A stretch of DNA of 64,000 bases from positions 496,001 through 560,000 of the forward strand of contig JAQGDQ010000020.1 of NCBI GenBank assembly GCA_030141605.1. Reading direction: 5' to 3'. Positions within the stretch are counted from its first letter, which is position 1. Each line of letters begins with the position of its first letter. A model generated the notes under the pieces. That model had not been told where the DNA came from, did no database searches, and saw nothing but the letters and a program-made list of their open reading frames with translations. Both the position numbers and the translations under genes were made by a program. Below, one piece after another: positions 11,293-24,661 of this stretch. Source of the DNA: Tubiluchus corallicola. Taxonomy: Eukaryota > Animalia > Priapulida.

Positions 11293-13640
11293 AATCTGTA
11301 TTTTGAAATTATCTAGAAAGCTGCTGTTTCATATCATTGTCTGTTGAACTTCTACATGCTTTTTTTAGTCGGCAAGAAATTTGTATGCAAAGTTTATAGC
11401 AGTTTCGTTAAACAAAATACAAAAAAATTCTGTCCTTTTGGAACTAACAAAACGACATCGTGTACGTAAAACCAAAAACAATTTTGCTGCGGAGCAAGTA
11501 GATTTTTCTAAATTAAAGTGATGATAATTTGTCCTACAAATACAGGAGTAACATTAGTACTATCCGCGACAAATCAGCAACAGATATATAAAAAATGTGA
11601 ATCAGCAACTTGCTGGTTGTCAGATCTTAGATATGAAGGTGCTTGTTGACGAAACGAATTCTTTCTGAACTACGGCTACCTTCAACAAATCAATGTCAAT
11701 TTAAGAATGCTCTCATAAATAACCTCTAATAGCACAGAGCAGTCAGTGCTCCTAACAAATAGCCACCTAAATTCTGCTCCGTTAGTTTATGGTCACTCCA
11801 TTGCTAGAGTCCGTTTATAGCCTGCAACATTGCACACAACAAAATTATGAAATCCTCCAAAAAAGATTTCGGTTTTTATGCTCATTTGGAGTTGTACCGC
11901 TGTTTAAATTCTAGTTAAATTGTTAGATTAGACGACTTTTCAGAAAAATGGAACATTGGAGGCGTTTTTTAAGTGGGCACTAGGCAGCATAGCCAGTCTT
12001 GTCAATTTGAAATCAAAAAGACCCTAGCCGGCTTGAAAAATTAGCGGAAAGGGCTCAAAATGCAAAATAAAAAAGAAATGACCGCTATGTTTTTGCACAA
12101 ACAATATAAATTTAAAAAAATCATTGCCACAACATTATCATTAAGATGCAATCATGACATTTTGCTTAAGCTGCTGGGCCTAAGCAATTAGTTTCTCTTA
12201 GCTTTATTTCAAAAATGGCCGTCGCCCAAAACAAAATTATGCTAACTATGCAATTTCATTTAAAGATTTGTTATAAAAACAAAAAGCAAATTATTTTTAT
12301 TAATTCGACCTTGCTGAATATAAAAAAGACTCCCAAAAAAGACACAAGGCGACTTAGACAGTTTAATAAGCAAAAACAAAAACAAAATGTGCGCCCGGTT
12401 TCCGACTTATATAGTCTAGATAATTTGCCTAAACTTGCCAATTTTGCGTAAAAGTTATGAAACTTTGCACACTGCTAGAACCCATCAAGGTGATTAATTT
12501 GGGATATGAGACCAATCAGAAATATCCAATATGGTTGCCATTTTCAAGATGCCCGACCAGATAGTTTAGATGACGATTTTGGTGTCTAAGTACAGGTTTT
12601 CAAGGTCAAGGAATCCATGTCTAATGCCTAAAAATGCCTATAATATAACCTCTGTTAAGATTTCGTGCCTGTAGCCACTTGTTTAATATATTAGCTACAT
12701 TGCATATTCTGAAGCAAATAGAATGGTGATTTTATTGTTTATATGTAGGCTTTGAAGGTCAAGGCTTTAGGGTAATATCCGATATGGTCGCCATCTTCAC
12801 GTTGGCTGACGAAATAGCTGTTACTAGTTTATAAAGGCAATATCTTTGGCCCTTTGAAACTGTGAATAGCATGGGACTTAAAGAGACCAGCTTCGTCAGT
12901 ATTTCATGCCAATACTGGTTCCGACCAAGTTTCAGCATTTACAGAGAGAAGGAAAAGATGGTTTGGCCTACGTGGCAAGTGTTTAAGGCGATAACAGAAG
13001 GATTTGTATCGCTAAGAAACACGATTAGAGCTGAGCAGCTGACTGAACTCACGCCTGTGCTTGAACGTTTTGTCACACTCTTGTATGACACAGCAAGCAC
13101 GTTTTGATGCTAATTGACAAAGCATATAAAGGCTTGTTCACAAGAAAGGCAATGTCAATGGAGGCATTTTCTCCAACATCTGCGGGGATGACCTGCTGCA
13201 CTATTGGAGTACACCAGACATGTGGTATATGAGGCAGGATGCTGTTAGGCCAAGCGTTCATCACTGTCCCCAGCTTGACCATCACCATTTGACTGCACCG
13301 AGAAAATCCACTGACTTGACATGGGAACCACATCGGACATGTGGAACTGAAGCAATTATTAAATATGGCTGTCAGCCAGCCAGCCAAATGGTACTATGGC
13401 AAATGTAAATGTGTCCAAGCAAGACTTGTTTGCACAGCCTGGTCCAAATACAGTGGTGTGGCGGCACTAGTGAACGTGACAGATTGTTTTAGAGGTTATC
13501 AGTATTATCTATATCAGGGTCCATAAATTCTGACCTAAACTGTTTCTTTCAAGGATTTTTTTATCTTCGGGCTTCTTTATCAGATTCTGTATTGAATATG
13601 TGATGTGTATTCGTGATTTTGTTCAATATAAATAATAATG

Positions 13641-13675
<35 letters not shown>

Positions 13676-13700
13676 AATAATGATAATGATGATGATAATG

Positions 13701-13785
<85 letters not shown>

Positions 13786-16700
13786 CAACAACAACAACAA
13801 CAACAACAATAGCAACAACAACAACAACAACAGCAATAATAATGAAAAAATAATAACAAGTAAGGTTTTAAATCCTTGGTCTGTAAAGCAGAACATGCGA
13901 TATAGCTAAAGTATTGTACAATCGGCTATTGTACAGCCATCTTGGCAACCATCCTGAAATTCTAAGTAAGGGACGTCATAAGTAAGGTGCATTTAAGTAT
14001 CAGCTGTGGATCTCTTAACCTTGGAAACCTATATAGGCCCTATAGACACCAAAATCATAATCTCATCTGTTCTACCTGTTTAAGATATGGCCTATGTATG
14101 CTAACGGCCGTTATCTTGTCGGTCATCTTGAAAATGGCTGCCAAATTGGAGAATTTTCTATTCACAGCATATCCAAAATTAAACACCTTGATGGGTTCTA
14201 ACACTGCGCAAAGTTTCTTAAGTTTTAGGCGAACTGTGCAATTTTTCGGGGAGGCAACGAACACTTTGTTTTTTGCTTAATGAGCAGTTTCAAAAGCCTT
14301 TGGCGTCTTTTTTGCAGTCTAGCAATTTTCTAGATTCAGCAATAATTTGCTTTTTGTTTTGTACTGTAGATGAAACGTACAGCTAATAAAATTGCACGAT
14401 CGGCACAATTTCGTTTTGCGTAGCAGCCATTTTGAAATAAAAGTAACAGGAACAGGAATGGATTTTTTAGGTCCAACTACTCTGGAATTGAAGTCGTAAT
14501 CGCTCTCGTTAATATGGCTATTTTTTCCGTTTTCGACCCTTTTCCGATAAATTTTCAAGCTAACAATAGCCTTTTCGGATAGAGGATACTCAAATTGATA
14601 AGACTGGCTATGTTGCCCAGTTTTAGAAAAAACACCCCTACAACTTTAAAGCAGCACCTTTTCAGGATTTTCTTCTAGTCTACGTAGAATATTCACACTT
14701 GGTTGACACTCACAGACACAATGGTTGAATTTTACCGCATTCTTGTCAAATAGCGCTGTTACACCGCAAGCCGGAAGCCAGCACTCACAGACAACTGCCC
14801 AACGAGATGTTTGTAGCGTGAGCGGATCATGGCTCTCTATCAATGATAATCCTCTAAGATGAGTTACTGAACCGGTAGAGGTGTCCCAGTCTTGTTCGAA
14901 CTCTACGAGGTAAACACCCAAGACTAGCTTGCGCCCGGAATGAGCTATTACCCTGTCTAGGAATAAATTACAAGAAAGTCATAATAACCCCATGCGTGTG
15001 ACATAGATGTCGTTCGTGCAACACAGAATTTTCCCACGCATTTTTTGGGCTCTAGCAAAATTATCATTGTCTCTCTTCGTTTTTCTTCAGGGTATTTCTA
15101 CAACGGAAGAAGACGCTGTCCAGCGCACTTTGACGGCATTCTTTGTTGGCCACCTACTTTAGAAGGGTTCACTCAATATCTAACGTGTCCAGCTTTTGTT
15201 GGAAACATACAGTACGACACATCTGGTTAGTGTGAAGTTGTTTTATTAATTAATACTTACAACATTTAAAATAGTAATAACAAAAATCATAGGCATAATT
15301 ATAGACAGAAATCTCTTGCATAGCTGTGTGTTTATGTTAACGTTTTTAAAGGAAAAGACCCTTTCTCCGACGTTGATAATAAAAACAACGTATCAAAAGG
15401 TATTTGGAAGAGGTTGCCAAAACTCACCATCTAAAAGGACCTGAATTGGAGTTTCAAGCTAATTTATAAGAATCAGAGGAAATTAAGCTCATTTTTTTCG
15501 AACTCAGTAACTAGTAAAAATAACTTCTCGCGAAGAAGTGAATATTAACATCTTGAAAACATAAAACGTTCAGTATACAGTACGCTGATAAGTCATGAGT
15601 TGCAGAAAGCGAAAATAGAAATAGCGTTTTTCCTTTAATTTTTCCCAGCGCCCAACTGAAAAAAATCACCAATGAGAAGACACCTTTCTGTTGGTGTATG
15701 TAATGGTCAAAGATGCGTGATGAAACAGCTGGTGTTCTAGCAATGGAACTTACTCAATAAATGCTCTTATATCCATCTATACAGATATTATATCTATAAC
15801 CATTACTATTAAAGAATAATAAACAAATAATTAATTACTACGTAACGCGTTTACATAACACAAACCCAGTGGCTGTATTACTAATCTGTATCTAATAGAT
15901 GCTAACTGTGACATTTAAAATGAGGTGGAACTGTTATAATTGCAATACTAATTAGTTCTTATTGTCATTGCACTCAGACTCCTGCTGTCAATTAAAGTAG
16001 CACGACTTTATTATCGTGTGAACCAGAAATGTTGCTATTGTGAAATTAATTAATAACCAGGCAGATTTCCTATGCGTAGGCACACCTTGATGAAAACCAA
16101 TTACGGAATCGAAGAAGAGACGTTTCGTATTTTCGTTTTCTCATCTTTGCGTTTTTGTAGTTTTGTGTTGTCACGTTTTTGAATTTTGTTTTTCTTGCTT
16201 GTAGATTTTTTCTCTGTTTTTTCTCGTTCGCGCATTATTTCGTCTAATTGTGTATTGACTAACAAACGTATTAAAAGTGATCCTCTATCTTTGATGTTTT
16301 CATTATGCCCACATTTTGAATTTCTACCTTTGTATTATTCTGATTTTGCTTGTGTTTTCGTGGGTTTTAATTAGTTTTTAGGTTCTCGTCTTTAACACTA
16401 CATTTCTTCATGTTTCATCTTCTTATACTTTTTGTGTTTTTCTTATTTGTGGTGTTTTCTAAGCTCGCATTTCTGTTGCATTTTCGCGTTCAATTGACGA
16501 ATCTTCGCCTTTGTTTTTGTCGCTTTTAAGTGCAACTATAATTCAGAATGTATGCAGGCGACACTGCACAGATATTCATTCAGCAACTAAACTAGTAATG
16601 ATAAAAGTGCATAACTTGTAGGCTAAATTTTGCAATAGCTTTCAAAAGAATCAATACTATGACTAGAAAAAATTGTTTGTCGTAATAATAATCATTGTTA

Positions 16701-19700
16701 ATACCTGGAAAATCCTCAAATTTGAAGAACAAATTGAAGAAAGCGAAAACTGCCACGCCCCAATTTCCACTATTAAACTATTTTCATGTAATTGAGCATC
16801 TCGTGAATTGAGCGTGATTTGCTGTCATTTACACTTTCACCGATTTGCGACGGGTTTGGTTAAGTTGACATAAATTTAACCGATTTACGCGTGCAGTACT
16901 ATTCACAGCATTCATGCGGTAAACGCAAATACTTCTGGTCTATACTAATACAGTTTATTCCGCATTTATTTCAAATATTCTGACTTGCTTACGAAAGAGA
17001 CGAAATTCAAAGAAACGATGAAATATATTTTTCAAATAATTGTATATTCACTGTGCAGTCTTCCACATCATTTCCTTGAAAGACTATTTTTCTTTGTCGT
17101 CGAAACCATCGCGCTATTCTATTGCATAAACTTCATTCTAAAATAGATTTTTCGATTTGTTGAAACCTTATTGACCATTAAAAGGATTATGATAATAAAT
17201 GTTGCATTCACAATGATTACCATGTGACATTAATGATTTCCTTATTTTAATAAAAGACTAATTTTAATTGAAGAGACATCGTTATCTTTCTGTGTGCACA
17301 GTCTGGGCCTGCAACTTGGCAATAAAAATATTCATGTCGCTCAGCCAGCACAGGACGTCGTAACAACGACATTCTATGTCGACCCTCCAACATGACAAAC
17401 TATATCGTTTCCTCAGTATCCTATGTTGTTCCCACAAGAATGTACGTCAAAACTATTATTTTTTTAGTTTAGAAAAATTTATTTTTTGCGCGAAAGACAA
17501 TTTTTCCAAAGAATAGTTCGTATGTTTTTCCTAATTATTTCCTAATCAATAGGTTTGGCTTACATGGGCGCAGACCGCAGAGAAAAATAATGAGGGGGAG
17601 GATGGCTTCTAGATTAATTTGAAATTAGCCTTAGCAGTGAGACCTCTGTTTTTGCATTTTGCATCTCTGTATGTTTTCGGTGGTTTGGAGAAATCTAACG
17701 CCCAAAAATGTGCTGATGAAGCATAATGAAATTAATAACTAATAAATAATAACTAATTTCCCTTTACATTCACAGATAATGCAAGTAAAGATTGTTTGTT
17801 AGGAGGAACGTGGTCAAATTGGTCAGATTATTTAAACTGCAAACCGGTACACGAACTCAATTCTTCGTTAGGCGACACATTACAGGTAAAAACGCAGTTT
17901 TTGAGCAACTATATAGTAGTTTTTGCAGTTCATGCCATTTGCACGAGATTTTACAATTTTATCTGCGATTTGTGCGAATGGGTCCATTTTGCAGTGATTT
18001 ATTTTACTGATTTTTAGTTTACTGATAATTACTTCCATTCAATCAATATCTCTGATTTAAAACATTCTTAGCAAACACAATACACTTACGATTAGTATAA
18101 TTTGCTTTTACGTACTGTAACATCGGGAACCACGAACCGTGGCTTTTTGTACATTTTGATGATTTTGCTAAACTTTTTCTTTGATTATCATTGTTTACGT
18201 TTCTGAAGAAGTTGTTTCCCGTTTTTTGTTAAGCACATTTCAGCATTGAATAACGCGGAAAGCATCGAACTGAAAGAGAGCTATAGAGAAGATTTGTTAT
18301 TAATTTGTTCACAAGCAGACCCTCTTATAATGACCCCTACTTGATTATTTAAGGTTTATTTTTTCAACGCCCCAAACAGATATTTTATATCCCAGACGAA
18401 CTTTGAAATTAATAATTTTCCCATGTTCGGTCAAGCGCAGTGTGAACCGTAACAACTTCAGGCATCCAGATTATTCGAAAGCCCTGACCATTTAAAACAA
18501 ACTTGCGGTATTATAGTAACAATACAAAAACTCTAAAATCACTAAAAATAATATATCTAGTACGCATGAATGCAAAGCGTCTGAATATTATTTCACTTGT
18601 TACAATTACCGTTACCACGTTTTGTCGAACGTAGATAATCAAGGTTACGCATTTGAAGCTACGTTAATAGCTAACTGTAAATGTTGTGAGACATAAAAAA
18701 GATATCCAATATGGTGCAATTTCGCAAAAATGATATTGCAAACGCTGGAAGTGCTCGGCGGATGTGTCATTGTAAGGTTTCAGGAGCAGATAAGAACTTT
18801 TAACAGATGATAATGCACATGGCAAAAATATATGTCACCACAAGTAAATTGAAGACGCGCAATGCTAAAATGATATTTCAATTTCTCAACACTGCCTTAG
18901 CCACAAAAATAGTAAGCTGATTTGCGGTTTTATTAAATTAGTAAACGTGGACATTATTGATCCTAAAATCCAATATCGTAGGGTAACTGAGTTATTTTAT
19001 TAGATTTTAATTAAGTAACTAAGTGGCTTCTCTTTACATTTCCAATTACCCATTAACCACGAAGTTAAGCTGAGGTGTAATAGTTTTATTCCGGGTGTTT
19101 GCCTGTTTGTCTGCTCACTTGCTTGTCTGTATGCATAGTTGCTTATTTATCCTAGTTATTTGGCAGTTCAATCTATTGCCGGTCAGTGATGTGGTCGTTC
19201 GGTCACTCTAGTTATTCATTCGACTATATGATTGGTCAACCAACTGACTGACGCGACCTGGAAAATGCCCACTGTTAACACCAAATCTAATAAAACGGTA
19301 TACCTAGAGTGTTTGAATTTTACCAATATATATATATATATAAATATACATATATATATATATATATATATTGCACAATTTGAACTTTAGAAATGAAGGC
19401 CAAATCCAATTAGGAAAGATATTAATGCTCTTATCACGAAATGTAAGATCTAAGATCATAGTGTAGACATAAATCATCTACAGCAGAGGACCAAGTATTA
19501 ACCCTTAAAGGAAATTTTTTCGGGGTGCATTTAATTCTGTTACACTCAGGATACTGCTGACGTTTCATAAGCTACATAAGATTATCTAGATATGTTCGTC
19601 TACAGTAGACTACTATTAATCATTTTAGTTTCCACGATCAAATTTGCTGACCTGGCTGCTGAATCATTCAATCATTAAGTAAATAAATTTACAATGCTTG

Positions 19701-22700
19701 TAATTTCATTTAAACAAAAAAATGTAGCCTTAATATTTACTCCAAGAATGCTTTACTACTAACGCGTGTTTATTTCTGATAAGGCATTAGACGTACCTTT
19801 TTTAACATCTGACGAGGTCTTATGAGGGAGGTACTAAGTTTCTAAACAAATAAAGAACTTAGTGAGAGAAAAGCTTTTTCACAGACTGTTTTGTTATGGC
19901 TAACATTTAATTTACAATTGTTCTTTCGAAACGAAACGTCAATACCTGAACAGATTTCCCAATTCATGAATACATTCTGAAAATTCTGAAAAATTCTAAC
20001 AATAGGAGAATTTTGTCAGAAAAGCGGTATGCTGCAATCCATAAACACAGCAAATGTATAGCTCGCTGCACCGGATGCAGCCATGTTTCAGTATAGTAAT
20101 AGTAAAAATTTTGCTTTTGCAAAACGTGCAGTGACAGCTAGATTACTCCTAAATCTTTTGAATGTGATTCTGTTAGGAAGCTGCGAAGCGTGTTTTCACG
20201 TTTGTGTGTCACGAGTGTTTCGCGTTTTCGAACACTAGAATACGGAGCTGTGTTGTTCTGACAATATTAACAGCAACGAGACTCAAGCAAATTAAGGCCC
20301 ATTTTAATTAAAAAATAATAACTTTTTGCACAGCTTTGCCACTAGAGACATGTACACCAATAACATCATATACTTGTTCTTAACGTTATTCTTTGCCAAG
20401 GAATAGAGACTTTTACTTTATGTTTGTACTAAATAATATAAACACAAATGCAATCTAGCTAAGAATTAAGTTACTGAATCATTTAATCATTTCTTTCCTA
20501 CATTTACAGGAAGTAATTTACCAGTTAATACTGCAATAGACCCTTTTTTCGGTTGACACCTGAGTTCTATGTTCAGTTTCTGACAAATTTATGTTACGCA
20601 ATCTTTTTGTCACCAATACCATAATAATGTTTTTTATTTTAACATGCGTTTTAATTGAACAAGCTAAATTTAGCACTGCGTCGAAAGAAACGCAAAGGCG
20701 AAAGTATAGTAAAGTACACTGACTCGAGTATTTTCTTCTATACCAAAAATGGTATTTAGTGATTATTTTTCGTTTTCTTCTTCGCCTAACTATAGTCCGC
20801 AGAGGTGTACTGAGCGCTGTGGTTATCTTTTTTTCTTTATTGTGTTTTTTTAAATAGATTGTAGGTAAGTGCCCATTTTTGTTAAGTATTGTAAACGAAG
20901 TTTAACATTTACATAAGGATTTTTGCTAAACTGCTGAACTGCAAATGACCGTTTTTGTTTCCTATATTAAATCCTGCTTCTGCTGCTACGAGTTTAAAAA
21001 TTTAGACATTTTGGTAAACCCATTGTGCTTAGCAGACACGAAGCAGAATCATTTTTACATGCCTTGTTAATATTTTATATTCTTCACGCAGTGGCCTGTA
21101 GTATCTAATGTCACACGACAATAAAGAGAAAAATGAACCCAAGGGAGACTAATAAAACCGAATACTGCTATATTAAAATTCTCATAACTCACAATATTGT
21201 ACCTAAAATAAACCCTGCCAGATTACCATTTTAAGCCAACTAAAACATGTTGTAATGATAGTTTTTAATGATGTTAAATATAAATACGTAACTTTGCATA
21301 TGGCGTGATCAGAATACTTACAAAGGCCAACTATCAAATAGGATGACCTTTTGTGGATTTAAAATAATTTTCTGTTTTGCAATTGATTGCTTTTGTCAGC
21401 TATACTTACGCAGTAACGTTACTGTCAATCATCAATTACTGTACCATTAGAAGTCGAAGAGTGTTTCGAAAAAAATTGTTGGACAATTCAACAAATCCAA
21501 ACGTTTAACCGTTCAGCCTCTTGAGACTGATCTTTACAAAAGACCAAACGGAAAGCACCGTTTAAGTTAACGCACTTGCGGCTGTTTGCTGCTTGCTATA
21601 AGGAGGCAGAAAAGTTTTATTCCTGTCTCAAATGTCGGTTTAATTATTGCCGACTTTACGGTGGTTATAAATAACTGTTTGTGGAAAGAGCAGGGAAGAG
21701 TTTTGCTTATATAGCTGCGATATTCTCACATTGAAAGTGTTTCTATATTGCCAATAGAACAACAACTATTTGTTTCAGGCTCTAGCTCAAGAGTACAGAA
21801 TTGCACAACTTATCTACTACGTTGGGTACACTCTGTCGATTACTTCACTCGTTTTAGCTATTTTGATATTTTTTTGCGCAAGGTAAACATAATTATCATT
21901 TATTGGATAAATTAAAAAAACTGCATTTTTCTCAGGCAAGAAGGTTGAGATTATGAGAGTTAAAATGCCAATTTTGCTCTTAGTTAAGTAATAGTTGGTA
22001 GCTATGTACATGACCATAACTTTTGAAAACTGTTTAGTGATTTATTATGTTGACATTTGTTGTCCATAAATACGTTTGTTTAGGAATTTAAATTCTTGTT
22101 GCCATAATTTTGTTGTAAAACGTAAAAAGTAACGTTTTTCAATTGGAGAGTAAATTAATAAATCATTCAGTTGAAGTAAACATCCATATTTTAGGTTTAG
22201 GTTTATTTTACACTAGTCAGAAGAGTTCAAAAAGTTTCCATTTCAATAGCTTATTCTGGCAGTGCTATCATAATGGGCGTACATTAGCAGCTGGCTGCCA
22301 AACACGACTTAATACATTATTCATTTTATTGCTTAGTGCGTTAGGCAGTGCAGGATAAGATGGAAAACAATAACAGAACTCCACCAATGTTTATCTCAGG
22401 AAACAACGTCTCATTTATTCATGTGTGGTGGCTTCAATATTACCTGCAGTACATATTTTCCCATTCATGTCACTGGCTCAAAATAAGCAATGTCACTGTT
22501 GTGAATAGAGTAGGACCTCAAGAAGCTAGTATTCTGCATGGTGCTTATAAACCATGCGGCTCGCTGGTTCAAATGGAGCATGGAAAAGTCTATGGGGCAA
22601 GTTCTCTGACTTTAGTTACTATAGTTTTAGAATTATTCATTATATATTATGGCCCCTATCTCGTGATATTAAAAATCCTAACTTTTTAAAAGGTTACATA

Positions 22701-24584
22701 CAGGTCTGCCTCACAGCACTTTTAAAAATGCTTATGCAAAAATATCGAATTCAACTCAGTCCGAGGAGATGGTGAATGCCAATCGAAAAACTGACCGATG
22801 TCCAGCGTCATTGACCCTTTAATCGAGGTCACCAGTCACCAAACCACTTTCTAGGCTTCTACCTCACGTATTTGCCTTGTGAGATCCGTGTCCTAGTACT
22901 CTCCGTCTGCGAGTTAACATGAATTAAAAAGTAGAAAGCAGGATGTGTAGCATAATGATGAAAAACCAGCATCGGAGGTTCTGCTAGTTCCGCGACGCAA
23001 GCCTTCGCGGATAAAAATGTGAACGTTCGTAATTCAGAAACTGCAATCTAACCTTGTTAAAAACATAAAATCTATATATGCCACACAGCGTATAAATGAT
23101 GGGGTTTTCGTGTATTGTTATTACAAAAATAATTTAATGGCTTGTATAATCCCAAAAATTTTTTTTTCAGAAAACTCAGTTGCATGAGAAACAAGATTCA
23201 CGTTAACCTCTTCATCAGTTACTTTTTCAGCGATGTGTTGTGGATCATTAATAATCAAACTCTTGTTGGAATCGCGAAGCGAGATTCAGTATGTTTCTTT
23301 TTAACGATCAGAAATAATTTGCAAAATTACTGATTTTTGCTCTGTAGCCGGCCAAGAATCTGTGCCAGATTTAAACTTTAAATCAATGAAACGAAACTCA
23401 CATGAGGTAATTTAATACTTTGCTCATTGTTTGACTTGTGAGTGAGATTTTTGACAATGTGGAAATAAAAAATACTATTACAAGGAAGCAAATTATGACT
23501 GAAATTTCAGTTCAAGGAGACATGATGTTTAAAGTACTGTCCTTGAATTTCAAGCAAGCAATTTCTCAGTTTTTGCTCTTGGCTGTTGGGTGAACTTTTT
23601 GTACCAAATTTTCCCACATTTCTTAGACCACAGGATATATGTAGAAACGTATATAATTTGCAAATAAACAGTACGCGTATAGCAGAAGACCAGCAAAGGT
23701 ACAATTTCAGCTGAAAGGTACAACTATAGCCAAAACGTAGAAGTTTAAAAATACTGCGGCACTCAATGATAGAAGCAGTGAATCTTATTCACGCAAGGCT
23801 TTTTTGCTCGCGCGAAACTAAGTTGTGAATTTAAAAAATTATAATATCAAAGTTTCGGTCTTGGAGATTCTTACATTCGACAGTCGAAATTGCAGAGCTC
23901 CAGGATTTATGCTGTAATCTAATATCTTCATATTTTGATTTTAGATATTTTGCCGGTCGATGGTAACAATTTTTAACTACTGCCAATGTACAAACTTTTT
24001 CTGGATGTTAGTCGAAGGACTGTACCTGTTCATTTTGACAGTTTTCACATTTTCTGCATCACGAGTCGAGTTTTTCTTCTTCGTTCTCATTGGATGGGGT
24101 AATCGCTGAACGTTTTTATTTATATGTCTATCATCAGAGCTTATTTGTAAACATATGACACGATTTTGTTTTCCGTTTTTGACCATCATAAACTACCTTT
24201 ATAGGACGTGCTTGATATAGCTGACTCGCAAACATCTTTTGTTTAACTGTAACACTCTCTGAAAATATAACTTTTGTCGAGTGAAATTTTTTGAGTCTAA
24301 AAGGTTTTTGTGATTCTAGGAATTCCCATTGTGGTGATAGCGATCTGGGGCATTGTAAAACATCATTTTGATAAAAACAGGTATTCAATTTTAAAGAAAC
24401 GAACGAATTTACGAACGTTGATATGTGTAAACGAGTGAATGACAGTATAAATGAATGAACGAATGCATGATTGATTGATTAATGGATTAATTGATGAAAC
24501 GAAGGAATGAAAGAATGAATGTATCAAAGAATGTGTGATATAACGAATGGATGGATCAATAAATAAATAACAAAATAAATAAAG

Positions 24585-24661
<77 letters not shown>

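Noticed and set aside
13561-13909. Poly-L/N/I/Y/C ORFs (also 32290-32604, 35802-36379, 43441-43713, 49394-49720, 55016-55397, 60740-61754)
   Set aside because: Translations of microsatellites or low-complexity repeats; only the short real SLC28 exon inside 35802-36371 is coding.
14660-14940. GC-richer island with a gag|gtaaac donor as an alternative GPCR first exon
   Set aside because: No ATG-initiated frame reaches the donor in the phase needed for exon 15091; it could only be non-coding.
17710-17735. Other CTGATGA...GAAA strings as additional hammerheads
   Set aside because: No convincing stem I, II or III pairing.
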